DNA of 64,000 bases from Eledone cirrhosa. Lineage: Eukaryota. The first letter of the stretch is position 1, and each line of letters opens with the position of its first letter. The notes under the pieces are model-generated. The model saw only the letters and a list, made by a program, of their open reading frames with translations, was not told where the DNA came from and did not search any database. Location of the stretch: assembly GCA_964016885.1 (NCBI GenBank), contig OZ024746.1, positions 84,754,001 through 84,818,000 on the forward strand. Direction: 5' to 3'. Positions 46,239-63,129 of the stretch are shown here, in pieces. The translations under genes and the position numbers were made by a program.

Positions 46239-46637
46239 GTGTTGATAAATAGACACATACACGCACACACATATAGTTAGGTAGATAGTTAGATATAGAT
46301 ATATATATACATATCATCACTAATGATAAAGCCGGACTCTTCACCACCTCCTCCGTACCTCCACCCCACACAGCGGTTTACTTACAACTCTACTTGCCTG
46401 CTCACATCACCCGTCATGTCAAATCCTTTATTAAAAATCTTCCAAATTTCTTTCCCAATGAAGGACTAATGTTCGATGTGTGTCGGGGCATTCCTTTGGC
46501 TTTCTCCACAAGAGAAAGCTAAGACTTTGTGTAATTGTATCTGTGTGTGTTTTAACCCCTGGACTATACATACGCGCGTGCGCACACTCGATGCATACAC
46601 ACTTATATATGATTATGTTTATGTCTATGTATATATT

Positions 46638-46702
<65 letters not shown>

Positions 46703-46816
46703 AACAAAGAAAGATAAGGAACCAGGTAGACCATAAGGCACCAGAATACTCGATACTTAGTAGAGTGGGTAATAGGAAAAGGGTCAGGACCCCGACGGCT
46801 GAGCTCCGGCCGTTTC

Positions 46817-46922
<106 letters not shown>

Positions 46923-47323
46923 ATATAGATACACCGACAGAGATACAGACAGACACGTACGGATGTCTTGCTGTCAAAACGACCGGAGCTCAGCCGTCGG
47001 GGTCCTGACTCTTTTCCTATATATGTATGTAGACATATATGTATATAGACATATATTATATATATATATATTTATATATACACATATATACATACATATA
47101 TAAACTTACACACACGCACACACACACACACACACGCACACACACATGTCCACCCCGCATATACATTGATTAGCTCCCTTGTTAAACTTCTCTAAGGCGT
47201 AAACCCTTGAGCAGCCACTCTCCAAGACTTGTTTTTTTTCTCCTCCTTGTTTCCCCTCATTTCACCCTGTTGCTTCCGCTTATCACTCTTTACTTTCTAT
47301 TTATCTCCTATCATCTAACTCTA

Positions 47324-47611
47324 TCTTCTGATGAAGGACTAGCGTCCGAAACGTTAAGACTTTCTCCCTGCTTATTTCAAGGTTTAAAGTAACATATTTC
47401 TTCCATGCACTGTGTCGTTTGTTTTGTTATTCATGTTTACCTTTTACATACAGACACACATGTATGAGTATATATAAACACACACATAACATGAATGGAC
47501 CTGTTATTTTTATCTAAAGACAATTTTTCCATTACAAACCCACCCGTCCCTTCAATCTAGCCTCATTCTCATTCTTTCTTCTGATGAAGGACTAGCGTCC
47601 GAAACGTTAAG
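47324..47611 (+). ncRNA. Two minimal type I hammerheads with identical cores, 253 bp apart (47324-47359 and 47578-47611)
   Basis: tctt-CTGATGA-a-ggac-tagc-gtcc-GAAA-cg-TT-aag(a); related decayed motif on the minus strand at 29508-29545. Confidence 0.8.
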
Positions 47612-47696
47612 CCCCTCTTCCTGCTATTTCAAACCTTAACCTAATATATCCCTTCCATATACTGTACCGATTGTGTTGTTATTTCTGTTTACCTTT

Positions 47697-48005
<309 letters not shown>

Positions 48006-48006
48006 C

Positions 48007-48063
<57 letters not shown>

Positions 48064-48503
48064 CATATACATCCACATCTACATGTACAAGATGCAGCAT
48101 CTCAAGAAGCTAGTATTCGAATGAGGAATCATTGCTCATGAGTAAGTAGTCTTCAGTCGTAAAGTTTATTAATAATATGACTGGTTGTTTCCTGTAGTTA
48201 GTAGGTAATTGGTCACTTAGTATCATTATGGTTTACCTAGTTGTCTTATTAACTCTGATAATGGTGCTAATTAGATCTGATTAGATGAGAAATTGGATGG
48301 ATTATCGCAACTCGTCCTGAAAACATTGGTGTGAAGACAAACATTTCACAAATTAGGAATGGGAATATATGCCTCTCTCTCTCCCCTCTCTCCCACCCTC
48401 TCTCTCTTCTACTCTCTCTTTCTCTCTAACTCTCTCACTCCATTTCTCTCTCTTTCTCTCTCTCCTCCTCCCCTCTCTCTCTCAGCATGAATGTGTGTAT
48501 TTA

Positions 48504-48566
<63 letters not shown>

Positions 48567-48626
48567 CTGTTCTATATACTTGAGACGAGTGATGTTATTA
48601 TTAACGTTTAATAATAACATCACTGG

Positions 48627-48982
48627 GACACCTGATGAAGGCTGGAGAGTACATCAGTCGAAAGGTTGTGTTAACAACAAAACAAGATGAAGGCTGGAGA
48701 GTACCTGATGAAGGCTGGAGAGTACATCAGCCGAAACGTTGTGTTAACAACAAAACAAGATGAAGGCTGGAGAGTACCTGATGAAGGCTGGAGAGTACAT
48801 CAGTCGAAACGTTGTGTTCACAACAAAACAAGATGAAGGCTGGAGAGTACCTGATGAAGGCTGGAGAGTACATCAGCCGAAACGTTGTGTTAACAACAAA
48901 ACAAGATGAAGGCTGGAGAGTACCTGATGAAGGCTGGAGAGTACATCAGTCGAAACGTTGTGTTAACAACAAAACAAGATGA
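48627..48982 (+). ncRNA. Tandem array of five hammerhead motifs, 73-bp period
   Basis: CTGATGA at 48632, 48705, 48778, 48851, 48924; stem II ggctg/cagyc; GAAA-cg-TT; stem I gacac/gtgtt in the first unit. Confidence 0.85.
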
Positions 48983-49448
48983 GAACACCTATCCGTTCAA
49001 TGTATATAATGTATATATATATATAAATATAAATATATATATATGTATATATAAACACACAGAGACACACACACACATACACACACACACATATATATAT
49101 ATACATATATATAGTCATAACTACTAAGGCTAAAAAGTGAGTCTTGTTATTTGGATTTTCGCCTGTTCATCGGAGGGCCATCAGATGATAAAGAGGCGAA
49201 ACTCCAGATTAACAATTTTCACCTTAATAATAATGCATATTAAAACTCTACTACGGTATTGAGTACTCCTGTCTCTAAGTCGTCAACGACATATTGATAT
49301 GTATATGCACACACACATATATATATAGGGTATGGTAAAATACCAGGTGGACCAGAACCCAACAGAGTACTCGATACTTGGGGCAGTAGAGTGGGTAATA
49401 TGCAAAGATTCAGGACCCCTCTTCTCCATTTGGAAGGGTATCGAATCT

Positions 49449-49507
<59 letters not shown>

Positions 49508-49688
49508 GATAAATCTACCAAAATATACGGTAGTGTCCAATCCGTATGAAGAACTCAATGTAATCCAAATCTCATGAAAAGAGAAGATGCATTCAAAAAT
49601 TTTCGATGAAATTCACAGGAAAACAGAATCAAGATAAATTAATAAAAACAATGAATAAAAACAAAGAACATCCTTATATTAAAAAATT

Positions 49689-49822
49689 CATCATTTTACG
49701 ATTGTTTCTAGGATATATATGTGTGTTGGTATGTATATCATATAGATCGATGTAAAAATATTACAAACTATCAGAGGAAATATACATACCTTCACATATA
49801 TATGCTGTCTTCAGAAATAATG
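49689..49822 (-). ncRNA. Type I hammerhead with very long (~100 nt) stem II
   Basis: rc: cattattt-CTGAAGA-[atatatatgtg..ggtatgtatat / atatacatacc..cacatatatat]-GAAA-caatcg-TA-aaatgatg; 8-bp stem I. Confidence 0.7.
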
Positions 49823-50534
49823 AGATTTGTTTATAGAAAAAACCCAACAAAGATTTAATATAATAGGTCTGTTTGGGAACAGGTTTTGAATTGACCAATA
49901 GAAAAGTAGTAAGAGGTCAAGTTGATAGAATAGTAGTAGTAGAAATTTAATTTAGGGGGTAGAAGAATGCAGACTTATGTTTTGAAAGGAAAGAATACTT
50001 TGAATGAAAAGAATACGTTGGGGATGAAAAGAGGTCAAGCCGGTGAAGGCTACACGAAAATTTGATGTTATTAAAGAATAATGTTAATGTTAAAACCGAA
50101 GGAGGGTAAAATTTTAGGGTAAAGGTATTAGTGAGAAATACCAATCTTATTTAAAACACAAAGAATTTAGATCTATAACAAGCAATTAAATTAATTGATA
50201 GGTATACTTATAGGGATAAATTTATATTAATTCATATGGATGTGATAGATAAGAATTAGATGTTATTAATGAATATTGTTAAAAACGAAGGAAAATAAAA
50301 TTTTGGGATAAGTGTAGTAGTGAGAAATACCAATCTTATATAGACTACAAGGAATCTAGATTCATAACAGAAAATTAAATTAATTTATATGTATACTTTT
50401 AGGTGTTAATTTTAAGAAAAGAGAGCTATATATATATATATATATCCTAAAGAAACACTTCATCAAACCTCCTTCAATTCCTCCAAACGTGAACTTAATA
50501 TAACTGTGTAAAATTATATATATATATACTCATA

Positions 50535-50572
<38 letters not shown>

Positions 50573-50637
50573 CAAGCAAATTATAAACGTAAACATAAAC
50601 ATGTAAGTATGTTTTTGAAACGGTGCGCGAGTTTGAA

Positions 50638-50785
50638 ATTAGAAATTAGAAATTATAAGCTTTCACCGTATTTTAGACGTGTACGGCAACACTCATCTTT
50701 TTCCATTTCTCCGAGGGTTATAAACCCCACTATCAGGCTAGAAATTTCTTTAGTCTAAAATACGGTGAAAGCTTATCATTTCTAA

Positions 50786-50793
<8 letters not shown>
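50638..50793. repeat. Inverted repeat (~40-bp arms) with a decayed hammerhead 3' half
   Basis: aagctttcaccgtattttagac ... gtctaaaatacggtGAAAgctt. Confidence 0.7.
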
Positions 50794-50835
<42 letters not shown>

Positions 50836-51006
50836 CGTTTCTGAATTTGTTGTGGAACCAACCAACCAACCGGAAATTTATAAATTCCTAAATTTATAAA
50901 TTTATTATAATTTATTATAATTTATTATAATTTATTATAATAAATTGAAGTGAAAAAGCAACTGGTGCGTGTGTTTCTTATTGGCAACATGACCCTCCCA
51001 AAGTAT

Positions 51007-51119
<113 letters not shown>

Positions 51120-51156
51120 AAAGTCGAATAGGTGAAATTTGGCTTTGTTTATTATA

Positions 51157-51198
<42 letters not shown>

Positions 51199-51579
51199 GA
51201 TCATATATACATAGCCAGTAAAATATTACAAGAGCACAAGATAAAAGTTTGCATTGTGAAATCAATGATATATGACAGGAGTACAGTAAATGAATGTGAT
51301 ATACAGCAGAACATCTCTTATGGGTTTCCCTAGTACACACAATGCAAACATCTTTCTAGAACCTTCTATTTGTGCAGTTAAGTGATTTCAACGACAAAAG
51401 CATTAAGCAAAAGCCGAAGCAGTAGAGGTGTTATGAGAATTTAATTTTGCCAAACGTGTTGGTATTTAAGTGTCTGTATGTGTGAATATGTATGTGCATA
51501 CGTGGGTACATGGAATTGAATGTTATTACAAAATCAAAGAAAGACAAAATGAATTGTTTGCTGTCTTTAACCCACCCAA

Positions 51580-51619
<40 letters not shown>

Positions 51620-51774
51620 CCGATTTATAAATATTTGTATATATATCACAATAGAAGTGGCGACTCATTGGAATAAAGCAGCCATGAGAAAGAGCATGAT
51701 AAAGCCAAAGCTTCGTCATCACTTCATCTTCTCACGGGAAGGCTAATACACCAACACAAATACACACACACACA

Positions 51775-51901
<127 letters not shown>

Positions 51902-52125
51902 CCAGGGGAATTTTTAAACCTACCGGAGTCCATCCCGTCACCAGTTCTGTACACAGTCTACTTCTTCCAGAGAATGAGAGAGATTGATAGAGAGAGGGAA
52001 AATGAGAAAGAGGTGTAGAGGAGAAAATGATTGAAGTATTTAACTGGTACATTTTGTATCGAACTCAGGGGGATTCAATGCAAAGTAGACCTCGGTGGGA
52101 TTTGAACTCATATATATATAATATA

Positions 52126-52164
<39 letters not shown>

Positions 52165-52341
52165 GTTATTCCGGGTTGAATCGGAGGTAACCACAGTAAG
52201 TAAGGTACTCAATACATTGCAGAGTATAAAAGTTTAATATAGATGAGATTCTACAGGACTAGAACTGTTTCATTCTTTAGAAATCATCAGAATTCTAAAG
52301 AATGAAACTCTTCTAGTCCTGTAGAATCTCATCTATATTAA

Positions 52342-52381
<40 letters not shown>

Positions 52382-52735
52382 ACCAGTAAGACCCCGACGG
52401 CTGAGCTCAAGCCGTTTCGACGGCTAATTCTGGACTAAATGGTGTGTCGAAACAGCTTGAGCTCAGCCGTCGGGGTCTTACTGGTTCCTATTACCCACTC
52501 TACTACCCTAAGTATTGAGTACTTTGGTGCGTTATGGTCCACCTGGTTCCTTACCACATTTCCTTCGTTATATATATATATATAAGGGTGAAAGCAGCGA
52601 TTCTTTGCTTAAACTTTAATCTGTTATTTTAATAAATATTTGCTCTACGGTTCTTATATATCTGATATATATTTATCCTTATCGAGCCCTCTTTGGATTT
52701 TAGTCTTCAAATTTATTATTATTACTATATATATA

Positions 52736-52926
52736 GGCGGTGGATTGGCAGTATTGGTAGAGGGTCGGATGCCATGCTTTGACGCATAGAGTTACGGCCC
52801 TTGCCATTCTGAGTTCAAATCCCGCCGAGGTTAACTTTGCCTTTCATCCTTACGAGGTCGATAAAATAAAGTACCAGTAATACACTGGGTAATTGCTGGC
52901 CTTGTGCCTAACGTAGAAACAATTAT

Positions 52927-52929
<3 letters not shown>
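52736..52929 (+). mobile_element. tRNA-SINE, full length (dominant family)
   Basis: ggcggtggaTTGGCAGTATTGG...GAGTTCAAATCC...gcctttcatcc...gtagaaacaattatt. Confidence 0.9.
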
Positions 52930-52968
<39 letters not shown>

Positions 52969-53835
52969 GTATGTATATTTAGTATATTTAATATAGAAAT
53001 GGCTTCTACAGGACTACAACTGTTTCATTCGAAGGAAATAGTTCTAGTCCTGTAGAAGCCATTTCTATATTAAATATTTATACTCTGTTATGTATTGAGT
53101 ACCTTACTTACTGTGGGCACCCCCGATTGAACCCGGGATACACACAGATATATATGTATATATATATGTATATATGTATATATATATGTATATATGTATA
53201 TATGTGTATATATGTGTATATATATATACATACACAGATTCCATATTACATTGATATGCAAACCCACACATCTGTCGGCACTGAAAATATGCATATATAC
53301 ATAATTCCGTATATACGTCACACGTGTTATATACACACATGCTCAGACACACACAGTAATGGGTGTATACATATTTAAACAGTACAATGGCTATATAAAC
53401 ATTAAATATACATACTTGTTTTATATTCATATAGGAAATGTATATATATATTTATACATATACGTGTGTATGTATACATATATATATATATATATATACA
53501 TATATATACATATATATGCATGAATGATATGTGTGTGTATGTGCGTGCACGCGTGTGTATATGCATCTCTAACTCTCTATATATCTACATATCTATATCT
53601 ATCTATATATACAAATGTCTGTGAACGTGTGAACGTATATACATTTATCTAAGTATGTATTATATATTTATGAATATACATTAACATTAATTTTTTTACT
53701 AAGTGAAATATCTTATTGTTCTTGAAAAATGATCAAACTTGTAGATATTTTGCGTTTCTATTCAAAATCAAATGTTAACTTATGTCAAATCATCAAACCA
53801 AGATGGCGTGTATCACTACGTTAGACATTTACACA

Positions 53836-54003
53836 ATTGTTTCTACTTTTGGCACAAGGCCAGCACATACCCAGTTCATTACTGGTACTTTACTTTATCG
53901 ACTCCGTAAGGATGAAAGGCAAAGTTAACCTCGTCGGGATTTGAACTCAGAATGGCAAGGGCCGTAATTCTATGTGTCAAAGCATGGCGTCCGACCCTCT
54001 ACC
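53836..54003 (-). mobile_element. tRNA-SINE (dominant family)
   Basis: Near-identical to the reverse complement of 52736-52929. Confidence 0.9.
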
Positions 54004-54659
54004 TACATAATGTGGTCTAGTTTTACTTAGCCCAAGGGCTTAACGTATGGCCAATGAAACAGGCAATGACAGGATGGCGGTTAAATGTCCAAAGAGCCAT
54101 CCGTAAGAATGTGATATTATATGAATGGTCCTGATGGAGTTGTAGGGTTGTCGTATTAACATACGGCATTTCGAGGGCATTTTTAAACCTGGCGGCGCCC
54201 AATACTCTCCAGTTCTGAATGCAGCAGATTTCTCCCAGGGAAGTATAGTAAATGAAAGAAAGAAGTGAGAAAGAGATATAGAGGAAGATTCGGCCCCACT
54301 ACTTTTTTATCGACCTCGAATCGACAAGGTTTGAATTCAGATAGAAGACAACCGAAACGAATACCGTAAAGCATTCTATCCAACGTTCTAACGACACTGT
54401 CTATTCACCCACTCAATGTGATGTTACACGTATTAAATATATATGTGAAATGTCAATGTATTTTTGTTCTCCTCTGATATTCTTGAATTGGTGCTTAGAA
54501 ACTTGTAATATTTAATATCGTTATTTCAAATATTTGAAATATAAATTTATAAAATGTCACTCGATATTATACAAATACAATTACAGATATGTAATATATA
54601 TACGGACAAATAAGTAATTGTACCGCTATATATGTATATATATAAATATTTAGCGGTAA

Positions 54660-54787
54660 GTACTCGGCCTTTTCGCGTCCGTGCCAAGTGATGTTGGCTG
54701 CCATCAGGTGTTTTCGGAACGTTCGTCGCCAGGTGATCCTGGGGTAACCCTGCCTCCATTTGCCGCCAGGTGGAGTCCAGTTCATCA
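54660..54787 (-). mobile_element. RTE-clade LINE C-terminal fragment
   Basis: MNWTPPGGKWRQGYPRITWRRTFRKHL, resembling W.P.GKRKRGRP..TWRRT. Confidence 0.75.
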
Positions 54788-55502
54788 TATACATATATAT
54801 ATGTATACACACACACATATATATGTAAATTTATATATATATATATAACGAAGGAAGTGTGGTAAGGAACCAGATGGACCATAACGCACCACATTACTCA
54901 ATACGTATGGTAGTAGAGTGGGTAATAGGGAAATGTTTAACCCCAACGGCAGAGCTCAAGCCGTCTCGACGGCTATTTCTGTACTAAATTAGAATTTCCT
55001 AATTCTAATTTCATCCAGAAATAGCCTCGAAACGGCTTGAGCTCTGCCGTCGGGGTTAAACATTTCCATATATATATATATACATATATGTGTGTGTGTG
55101 TGTCTGTGTATGATTATGTCTGTGTGCGCGTGTGTGTGTGTAGAGAGAGAGATATTTTAGTGGCAAAGCAATTTTCAAATCGAGGTTAAAAAAAATCTCT
55201 AGATATATTTATAGGATTCTTGAGGAAATCAATGGAATGTTCTAAAGAATATTGTTAGTAACATGTGATTACAATACATACATTTGAAAACTCACTGATA
55301 TAGTTGATTTTCAATGTAAAATGTGTTATGTTAAAGTGAGCAGATACATTGTTTACTTAGCACACACACACACACACACATATATATATACATATGTATA
55401 TATACATATATACATATACATATATATACATATATATACACACACACACACATATATATATATCGTATCTATTTATTTATTTATAAGACTGTTTATATTG
55501 TA

Positions 55503-55564
55503 TTTTGTCTGAAGAAGGCATAACATATTGTTAATATGATATCCCTGAAATATATATAACGAAA
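55503..55564 (+). ncRNA. Type I hammerhead motif (family A)
   Basis: ttttgt-CTGAAGA-...-GAAA-tatata-TA-acgaaa. Confidence 0.7.
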
Positions 55565-56013
55565 TAAATATGGTTTTATAAATATAGTTTCCATTTATTT
55601 AATATCATAAATATACTCCAAATACTTGTTGAGTGCTTTTATATCAGTTATAAATATTTACTCGTTGTTAACCCAACAATTTAAATATAACTTTCCATAT
55701 ATATATATATATATATTTATTAAAATAACAGATTAAAGTTTAAGCAAAGAATCGCTGCTTTCACCCTTAACGGGATCTTCTGTATATATTATATATTCTG
55801 GTACATATGCTTTTGGTTATGTGTATGCATGAGTTTTGCGTCTGTGTGAGTATGCGGGTTCGTACGTATGTAGGGTGTGGTGTGTGTATATGTGTACTTC
55901 GTGTTTTGGTTGACGTACGTCTCCGAACATTTGTGTATTTACATGTAGGTATGTGTGTGCGATTGTTATATACGTATTTATTTATTTATATACGTTTATT
56001 TAATTATATGTAT

Positions 56014-56102
<89 letters not shown>

Positions 56103-56821
56103 CGGCGATAGCTTACATTTCTAATAATTTCAAACCCACTCGCTGTTTCGAAAATATTCTTACATATATATATTTTTTTTTTTATAGATATTTTTATGTG
56201 TATTTCGTGTATACATTCGTATGCGTGCGGGTACAGGCCGTTGCGTGGGTTCTGCATGTGCGTGCGGGGTTTTTTTTTGGGGGGGGGGGGGGGGGGGGGG
56301 GGTTGTTTACGTGCGTGTATTTGTATACCTATGGCGAGTGTTTTCGCGTATGCTTGTATATGTACGTATATGGATGTGTCTATGTATTTATTTAATTTCA
56401 ATTACCTCTGTATTTTATTTACTTTATTCTTAACTCTGAAGCCGAGAATCATTTGGTTTCCTAGTTAGAATTTTAGTCTACGACTTTAGTTATACCATTT
56501 ACGTGGTTTTGTCTTTGGGTGCAATTGTTTTCCTCGATCCACATATGACGCATTATCTTCGTTTTTTCCGTTCATTGCCAGAGAACATCTCTATGAACCA
56601 CCTAATAGAATATTAGTCTACGACTTCTGCTATACCATAAACGTGGTTTTGTCTTTGTGTGTAATTTTTTTTCACCGTTCCAAATAATGACGTATTATAT
56701 TCATTTTTTCCCGTTCTTTGCCAGGGAACGTTTCCACGAACCAAAGTATCGTCTTCCTGTCTTCCTCCGGTTGCAACGTTTTTTGAAATATTCACTTTTG
56801 CGTTCACAGATTGACTTTGTT

Positions 56822-56872
56822 AGTTTCAGAGGATCCCGTTAAGGGTGAAAGCAGCGATTCTTTGCTTAAACT
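56822..56872 (+). ncRNA. Hammerhead-like fold with CAGARGA (U4A) core, family C
   Basis: agttt-CAGAGGA-t-ccc-gttaa-ggg-t-GAAA-gca..tgc-TT-aaact; minus copies with CAGAAGA at 20932-20982 and 24825-24875. Confidence 0.65.
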
Positions 56873-56998
56873 TTAATCTGTTATTTTAATAAATATTTGC
56901 TCTACGGTTCTTATATATTTGATATATATTTATCCTTATCGAGCCCTCTTTGGATTTTAGTCTTCAAATTTATTATTATTACTATATATATATATATA

Positions 56999-57597
56999 TC
57001 ATTATCTATAAAGGGCAGATTGTTGTTGTTGTTGTTGTGTGTGTGCATGTTCCATGTTTATACATTTGCACAATTTCAAACCGATTCGACTCAAAGTCTG
57101 TAAGAATGTTGTAAATGGTCTAACTTAGGTCAACGACTATTTATTTCAAATTCACCCACAATTACGGAAATAATCGATAAAACTAAGTACATGACTCTTT
57201 ACCCCTCTCTCTACTCCCCTTAAAATTCGATAAAACTACATACATGCTGCAACTTTCTCTTATATACGCTTAAACTTACTGTCTTAAATTTAGAAAACAC
57301 ACATTAGACAACCATGCAGAACAACTCCATCGCAGCGCTGTTGTTCGGCTGGCATCGTCTACGCGCGTGTTGCGCAAGTACTGTGAAACAATAAATTTCA
57401 ACACTTCTTTGCACAGAGATAATATCCATAGGCGAAACTACAATTGTCACTGCTGGCGCAGCTCCTGCTTCGGCAGTCCAACTCTGCAATTCATTCACCC
57501 AGTGCCTGGCAGACAAAAAAGTGCTGCCATAAAATGGGTGGTGCAACCTAACTTTGGTAACTTACTGACCCCGAGCAACGTCGGGCTTTAATGCTAG
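56999..57597 (+). mobile_element. Non-autonomous Helitron
   Basis: a|TC 5' end (TCattatctataaa), 3' hairpin cccga-gcaacg-tcggg then CTAG|t; inserted between A and T in (TA)n. Confidence 0.8.
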
Positions 57598-57846
57598 TAT
57601 ATATACAATGTATAGAGGGGAAAGACACAGAAGAGTGTGTTTTTCTTTACAGGAATTTCAAACGACCAGCGTAAAGAGAATATAAGCTAATAGAGGCATA
57701 GGAAAAACATTAAAATTTAAAAGTATAAATTAAAATGAGAAACCAACCTCATATCTAAGTCACATATGTACAAACTCACCAGGAGAATGTTTCGCCATTT
57801 AAGTGGGTTCCAATTCGACCCTGTGGGTCATCAGCATGTGGAAGGC

Positions 57847-59449
<1,603 letters not shown>

Positions 59450-59590
59450 TATATATGTGTGTGTATCCCGGGTTCATTGGCGGTAAGCACAGTAAGGTAC
59501 TCAATACATAGTAGACTACATAATGTTTAATATAAAAATGGCCTCTACCGGACTAAAACTGTTTCATTCGAAGGAAATCATCAGGATATA

Positions 59591-59664
<74 letters not shown>

Positions 59665-59754
59665 GAAACAAACGAAACACAGTAGGCGATTTATACAGTT
59701 ATATTATGTTCACGCTTTTGCTTTTCTTGTTGTTAGTGTGATGGTTGTTGTTGT

Positions 59755-59981
<227 letters not shown>

Positions 59982-60003
59982 ATATATATATATATATATA
60001 TAC

Positions 60004-60122
<119 letters not shown>

Positions 60123-60238
60123 ATAGTGTATTTTGCAATACACTGTATGCTTAATTAAAAGCATTTTGAAGACCTTGCGCTATTGTTTTAAAGTAGTGAC
60201 TATGTCACTTACTTCTTTTTTCAGCAAACAAAGGGAGA

Positions 60239-60286
60239 TAAGCTGACAGATCTCTGTTTCGTACTGTTGGTACTCCTCAGAGCTTA
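60239..60286 (-). ncRNA. Fully canonical type I hammerhead ribozyme inside palindromic element 60122-60470
   Basis: rc: taagct-CTGAGGA-gtac-caaca-gtac-GAAA-cag-agat-ctg-TC-agctta; all three stems pair; stem I extends via caaagg/cctttg. Confidence 0.9.
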
Positions 60287-60515
60287 CCTTTGCCTGCTGA
60301 AAATTATGAATGCTGGATTCTTATAGAATTCCAGTAATAATCAGGAACTGATTATACAGAGCAGTTGCCGGTTAAGCAAAAAAAGTGACCAGTTACTACT
60401 TTAAAACAATAACGCAAGGTCTTCAAAATGCTTTTAATTAAGCATACAGTGTATTGTAAAATATACTATATATACATATATATATATATATCGCTATTTC
60501 AGAGCACCAATTCTA

Positions 60516-60567
<52 letters not shown>

Positions 60568-60571
60568 CAAA

Positions 60572-60621
<50 letters not shown>

Positions 60622-60902
60622 AGAGAGAAAGAGAGAGAGAGATAGAGAGAGAGATTGGGAGAGTGAGAAATAGAGAGAGAAACATGAGAGAAATGTAGGA
60701 AAAAGAAGTAATATTGAGGTAGGTATTTGAAATTTCACTGAACCAAATGAAACTATTTTAACGTTCAAAGTCTGCCACATTTCTCATACATATGTGAATT
60801 ATTACCGCCAATTATCTCATATTTATTGGAAATTATCAAATCTTGACATTATACTTCCCTCGTTCTCTTCTTAATTTCCCTCACTTCCATTCAGATTATT
60901 GC

Positions 60903-61037
60903 TCTTCTTCTTCTTCTTCTTCTTCTTCTTCTTCTTCTTCTTCTTCTTCTTCTTCTTCTTCTTCTTCTTCTTCTTCTTCTTCTTCTTCTTCTTCTTCTTC
61001 TTCTTCTTCTTCTTCTTCTTCTTCTTCTTCTTCTTCT
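60903..61037. repeat. Perfect (TTC)n microsatellite
   Basis: Direct reading. Confidence 0.97.
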
Positions 61038-61467
61038 CACCCCTTCCTCCACCCCTCGTCTTATGTTCGCAGTTGTATTAAAATGTACATATACAGTAAG
61101 TAGTCCATGATTGAAGGTTTGTGTATTGTGTATTGTGATTGTGCACGTGTGTGCATGTGTATATATGCATATCTATATTCAATGACAGAAATAACTTAAA
61201 ACGCACCCACACACACACACGTGTTATCTGTGTGTATTTAGTTTTATAAACCAAAGTAAGTGCACTCAATACTTCTAATAGTGTTTATTCGTACGAGACT
61301 CTCCCATTATGGACGGAGTGCCAGTCATTTGCAGTGTTAACTCCCAGTTGCTGCTTTATTCATAATGAAAGTATTTTGGTGAAGGGCAGAACGCTGACCC
61401 TATGATCGTTGGATCAACATCCTAACAACACTAACTCTATTTATCTAACAATCTATCTATGTGTACG

Positions 61468-61587
<120 letters not shown>

Positions 61588-62031
61588 AAGAGAAAGATAT
61601 AGCTATAATACATGCACATACGCACACTTATATACACTCACACACAAACACACATCTGGAAACATTTATGGCCAATTCTTCTCCATTTAAGTCATTTTTT
61701 TAGTTTTTTCTTTTAGTTTAATACCTATTTTAATTAGTATATATGTCTATTATAGCGTACGAGACAGACACCTGATTCATTACATTCTTCTGGTTATCGT
61801 CTGCTCCGATTACATGACCACCGTCACATATTACTGGTGTCACTCTAAAACGGTAAAATATGCCTGGGTATCTTTTATTTTTACAATCTTGATTCTGATT
61901 AGTCCATTCATTTTCATTTCATGGGGAGGAGAATATATTTTATAGTTAGCTATTTCGTGGCAAATATAGTTAGCTATTTCTAATCAATATCTGATTGCAA
62001 TATATACATACATATATATATATACATATAA

Positions 62032-62091
<60 letters not shown>

Positions 62092-62126
62092 GTATATGCA
62101 TATATATATATATATGCATATATATA

Positions 62127-62199
<73 letters not shown>

Positions 62200-62411
62200 T
62201 AAAATAACAGATTAAAGTTTAAGCAAAGAATCGCTGCTTTCACCCTTAACGGGATCTTCTGATTCCCGTTAAGGGTGAAAGCAGAGATTTTTGCTTAAAC
62301 TTTAATCTGTTATTTTAATAAATATTTGCTCTACGGTTCTTATATATTTGATATATATTTATCCTTATCGAGCCCTCTTTGGATTTTAGTCTTCAAATTT
62401 ATTATTATTAT

Positions 62412-62461
<50 letters not shown>

Positions 62462-62759
62462 CAATCTGCACTGGATTTCTTTCGTGAGAATTGAAAAACA
62501 AAATGTGCATTCATTACATTTTTTCACTTCTTCTATCAGTATATCACTCTCTCACTGATTTATGAACTTTGAGACTGAATTTTCTCCCTTTAAAAACCTC
62601 TTTTTTCTTTTTTTTTATGGTGGAGCACAGAAAAACTCAAAGCAATACATTTTCACTCGTCTATACATTTCAAATTATCGATTTTTAATGATATATTTAT
62701 GACGAAAACTTTTGAAATTATTCTATAGTGATGTCTTACTATAGTCGGTTTCTCTTGAC

Positions 62760-62866
<107 letters not shown>

Positions 62867-62972
62867 GTGTGTGTGTGTGTATAGATGTGGCCTTGTTGAA
62901 GCTAGTTGAAGTTCAAGCTTAAGAATACACACACAAACATAGACATATACATATAAACATACAGACAACCCC

Positions 62973-63035
<63 letters not shown>

Positions 63036-63089
63036 CCATAACACTAACATAGAGCATAGACTTATATATACATGTGTCTCCGCGTACAT

Positions 63090-63129
<40 letters not shown>

